Origin: Oopsacas minuta
Taxonomy: Eukaryota > Animalia > Porifera
DNA: 64,000 bases
Reading direction: 5' to 3'
Assembly (NCBI GenBank): GCA_024704765.1
Contig: JAKMXF010000012.1
Location: forward strand, 42,397-106,396
Part shown: positions 61,249 to 64,000 of the stretch, in pieces
How the letters are laid out: each line of letters opens with the position of its first letter
How positions within the stretch are numbered: the stretch's first letter is position 1
Notes under the pieces: model-generated
Database searches by the model: none
What the model was told of the DNA's origin: nothing
Seen by the model: only the letters and a program-made list of their open reading frames with translations
Made by a program: the position numbers and the translations under genes

Positions 61249-64000
61249 TAATTATATCGGGTAACTTAGTTACAGATGAGGTGATTAGATATTTTATTAA
61301 AAATACTGACATTTAGTTTTATAAATTACGCGGGCTCCGAGGGGGATCAAGGACCTATACGGACAAGTGTATTAGCCATTTTTAGGCGAGGAATTCTCAA
61401 ATAAGACACTAAACTATCATGGCGCCTAAATCACTCACAATAGCGCCTTTTGGTATAAAGAATGTCCATATTATTATTTTATGATATTTAACGTAAAATC
61501 TGGCGGTTTTTATCAAATATAAACAGCTGTAGAAAATAAACATTCACTTGAACAAGAAGTGAAAATTCTGGAAATTGCTTATAACATTTCAATGCAAATA
61601 AAAATACAAACATCACTACAAATATACAAAATATGAATTTTCCAGGAAAAGTTATGTCAGCAAAATATATTTATTTGGTAATATTTTGTTACAAATAATT
61701 GAACTTGGAATTATTTCAATTTCCAATGTTGTCATGTTTTATTTTGGCAACAAATCATTATACAAATACGAAAATGTATAATAACCATGATTAGAATGCT
61801 GAAAATATCAAATTGTCCATAGCAACATAATTTGAACTAAGCTATGTCATAGCAAGAAGCTGACAATCAAATTCTGAAAATAAACTTGCATATCAGTGAA
61901 AATAGTTCACAATTTGCAGAGTCAAATTATCGTCCAGAAAAGGTGCTAAAATGTGTGAATAATATCCCTAAATAAATTCCTAAGTCTAGACTACTTATAT
62001 TTCTGGTAACAACTTACATTCCTCTAGCGTAGTGGGGGATATACACATCCACATTCCTTTCTTGGTGATAACTGAACTAATATTAAATCGGAACTAGAAC
62101 TTAAAGTATCATATTTCATACTAGCCTAAACTGAAACTAGCATTTTAAGCTAAAAATAAATGTGTAATTTTTGATAATTCACTAACACCATGAATCTCAT
62201 ATTTTGTAAAAACCACGGTATATCACAATTAAATCAAATAATAGTTTCAATGCTGTCTAACATAGTTCTGGTTTAGTAGACAGTAAGATGAAAAGACATG
62301 ATTATAATATATCTTATGATTGACACCTTGGTCAAACAGGTCTTTTAGATGATAGATATGAATCATAATTATATGTGTGTTATGACGCGTGATTAGGCAA
62401 GTATAGATTTATATATTATCATTGTTTCACACCTCGCGATTTAGGTCAAATCCACAAGTAAGGTGTATTAATACCTAAACCTATATCCATACCCACCTAA
62501 ACACCTGGATCTGCTTACCAGTTTCTTGTATTTTTAGTTTGAAATATGATTAATTCTTCCCTCTATTATGAGAAAAAATATCAAATCACCGCCTGTGCCG
62601 ACTGGAATTTTACCAAATTAGGTTTGGTGGATTATTGAAAGTATAATATTCTAGGAAATTGAATTTTACTAAAATAGAATTCTTCATCACTGATTATTCC
62701 TGTTTAATAAGCGGAAGCTAATCTCTAGGATAATTTTGAAAGGTTCACTAAAGGTGTGAAAATATGATTACAGTGGAGTCTCCCAAAACGGACACTCCGA
62801 AAAGCGGACAACACATCTACAAAGGACAAGCTTGTAGGACCAAATAGGTTAATACCACATGGAAATATCCCTCCTTCAGTTCTGACTAGGAAGTTGATGA
62901 TACAATTAACATAGATGTTACGACAGAAATATGAAAACTTCAAAATGCACAAAAGACAACAAATTTGTTTTGTTGTAATAAGGATAATATATTTCCTCTG
63001 ACATTATATTTTGTAAACAATAACAACAAACAAATAATAATCTCTAAAATAGCTGACAAAACAAAAATTACAAATAATTGCACCGAATCAAACACAAACA
63101 AACAAACAAATAATTCAATATATTTGTAATACAAATATTTCTTGTCTAATAAACAATAAACTTTGACACATAACTATACAACAGTCACCTCTTGTTATAT
63201 CAAACACGGATTTATCAAAATACCCGCTGATATCGAAGGGTGAAATGGTACAAATATGGTCCCAAACCGTCAAAGTAACAGATATTCCACCGGTTATACC
63301 GGAGTAATCATCCGGTCCCTTGAGGTCAGATATAACAGGAGGTGACTGTGATTGAGAATTGTTAAAATCTTCAATAATTCCATATTTAGAGTCCAAGGGA
63401 GTATGATCATTAATTCATATCATAAATACTTGCAAGTCCCCGCGCCAGCGATGTGTTATGAAATTCAGTTTGGAAACAGTCAACTCCTGTTATATCTAAG
63501 CTCAAGGGGCCGTGATAATTACTCCGATATCACCGATGGAATATCTGTTACTATAACGGTTTGGGACCATCTTTGTACCATTTTACACTTCGATATACGC
63601 GGGTATTTCTATATACCCGCGTTCAACATAACAGGAGTTGTGTTCATATTTTAACTGTAGCAATGATCTCATAAAATTATAAAGAATATTAGGTTAGATT
63701 ATTAAACTATAAACCTAACAACCGCCTTACACAATTGGAATTTAAATTAGTCAATGATAATAATAGCTATGAATAATATATCGTAAGAATTCGCCATATC
63801 TTATTGACAACAGAACTTTGGCGTAGAGAAATACACACAGTTGTTGATTATTGTTTCAATATGTATTGAGTATAGGTTTTACAGTTTCTGCCCTACCGCC
63901 CGCATCAAGTTTACCTGTCACATGAATATTGTCATTATTTCACCATTTTATCATGGAAATTCAAATACCATGCCATCAGATAGACATCATGTGGAGCTGA

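Noticed and set aside
1-64000. Autonomous transposase, reverse transcriptase or rRNA genes
   Set aside because: No ORF with DDE or RT motifs and no rRNA-like GC-rich stretch was seen, so the MITEs and any DGR-like model would need factors encoded elsewhere.

Overview
This is AT-rich eukaryotic (animal) genomic DNA with a 903-N assembly gap at 31183-32085. The compact introns, AAAC-type intron repeats and expanded coiled-coil+NHL genes resemble the glass sponge Oopsacas minuta as I recall it; that assignment is unverified. The left 20 kb holds three intron-rich genes: the 3' part of cortactin (+), a DNMBP/Tuba-like SH3-DH-BAR-SH3 gene (+) and ARP8 (-). The rest holds mostly single-exon genes: three atypical ARF/ARL GTPases, a RING + 3CxxC-like protein, a DHHC palmitoyltransferase, DNAAF4, a calpain, three DUSPs, PSMG4 and ZNHIT1, with many short MITE families between them. 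Four observations stand out. (1) Three recent NHL beta-propeller paralogs differ at recurrent blade positions almost only by residue-changing substitutions, while their non-coding flanks are about 97% identical. (2) One of these genes, together with cortactin exon pieces, was copied into the interior of a hAT-type MITE inside an ARP8 intron, giving a Pack-TIR-like structure. (3) The ARL cluster contains two inverted-repeat structures. (4) Two short non-coding motifs, GGCGCC(T/A)AA and AAGGTGTGAAAATATGATTAATC, recur far more often than expected. All counts and identities are manual estimates.
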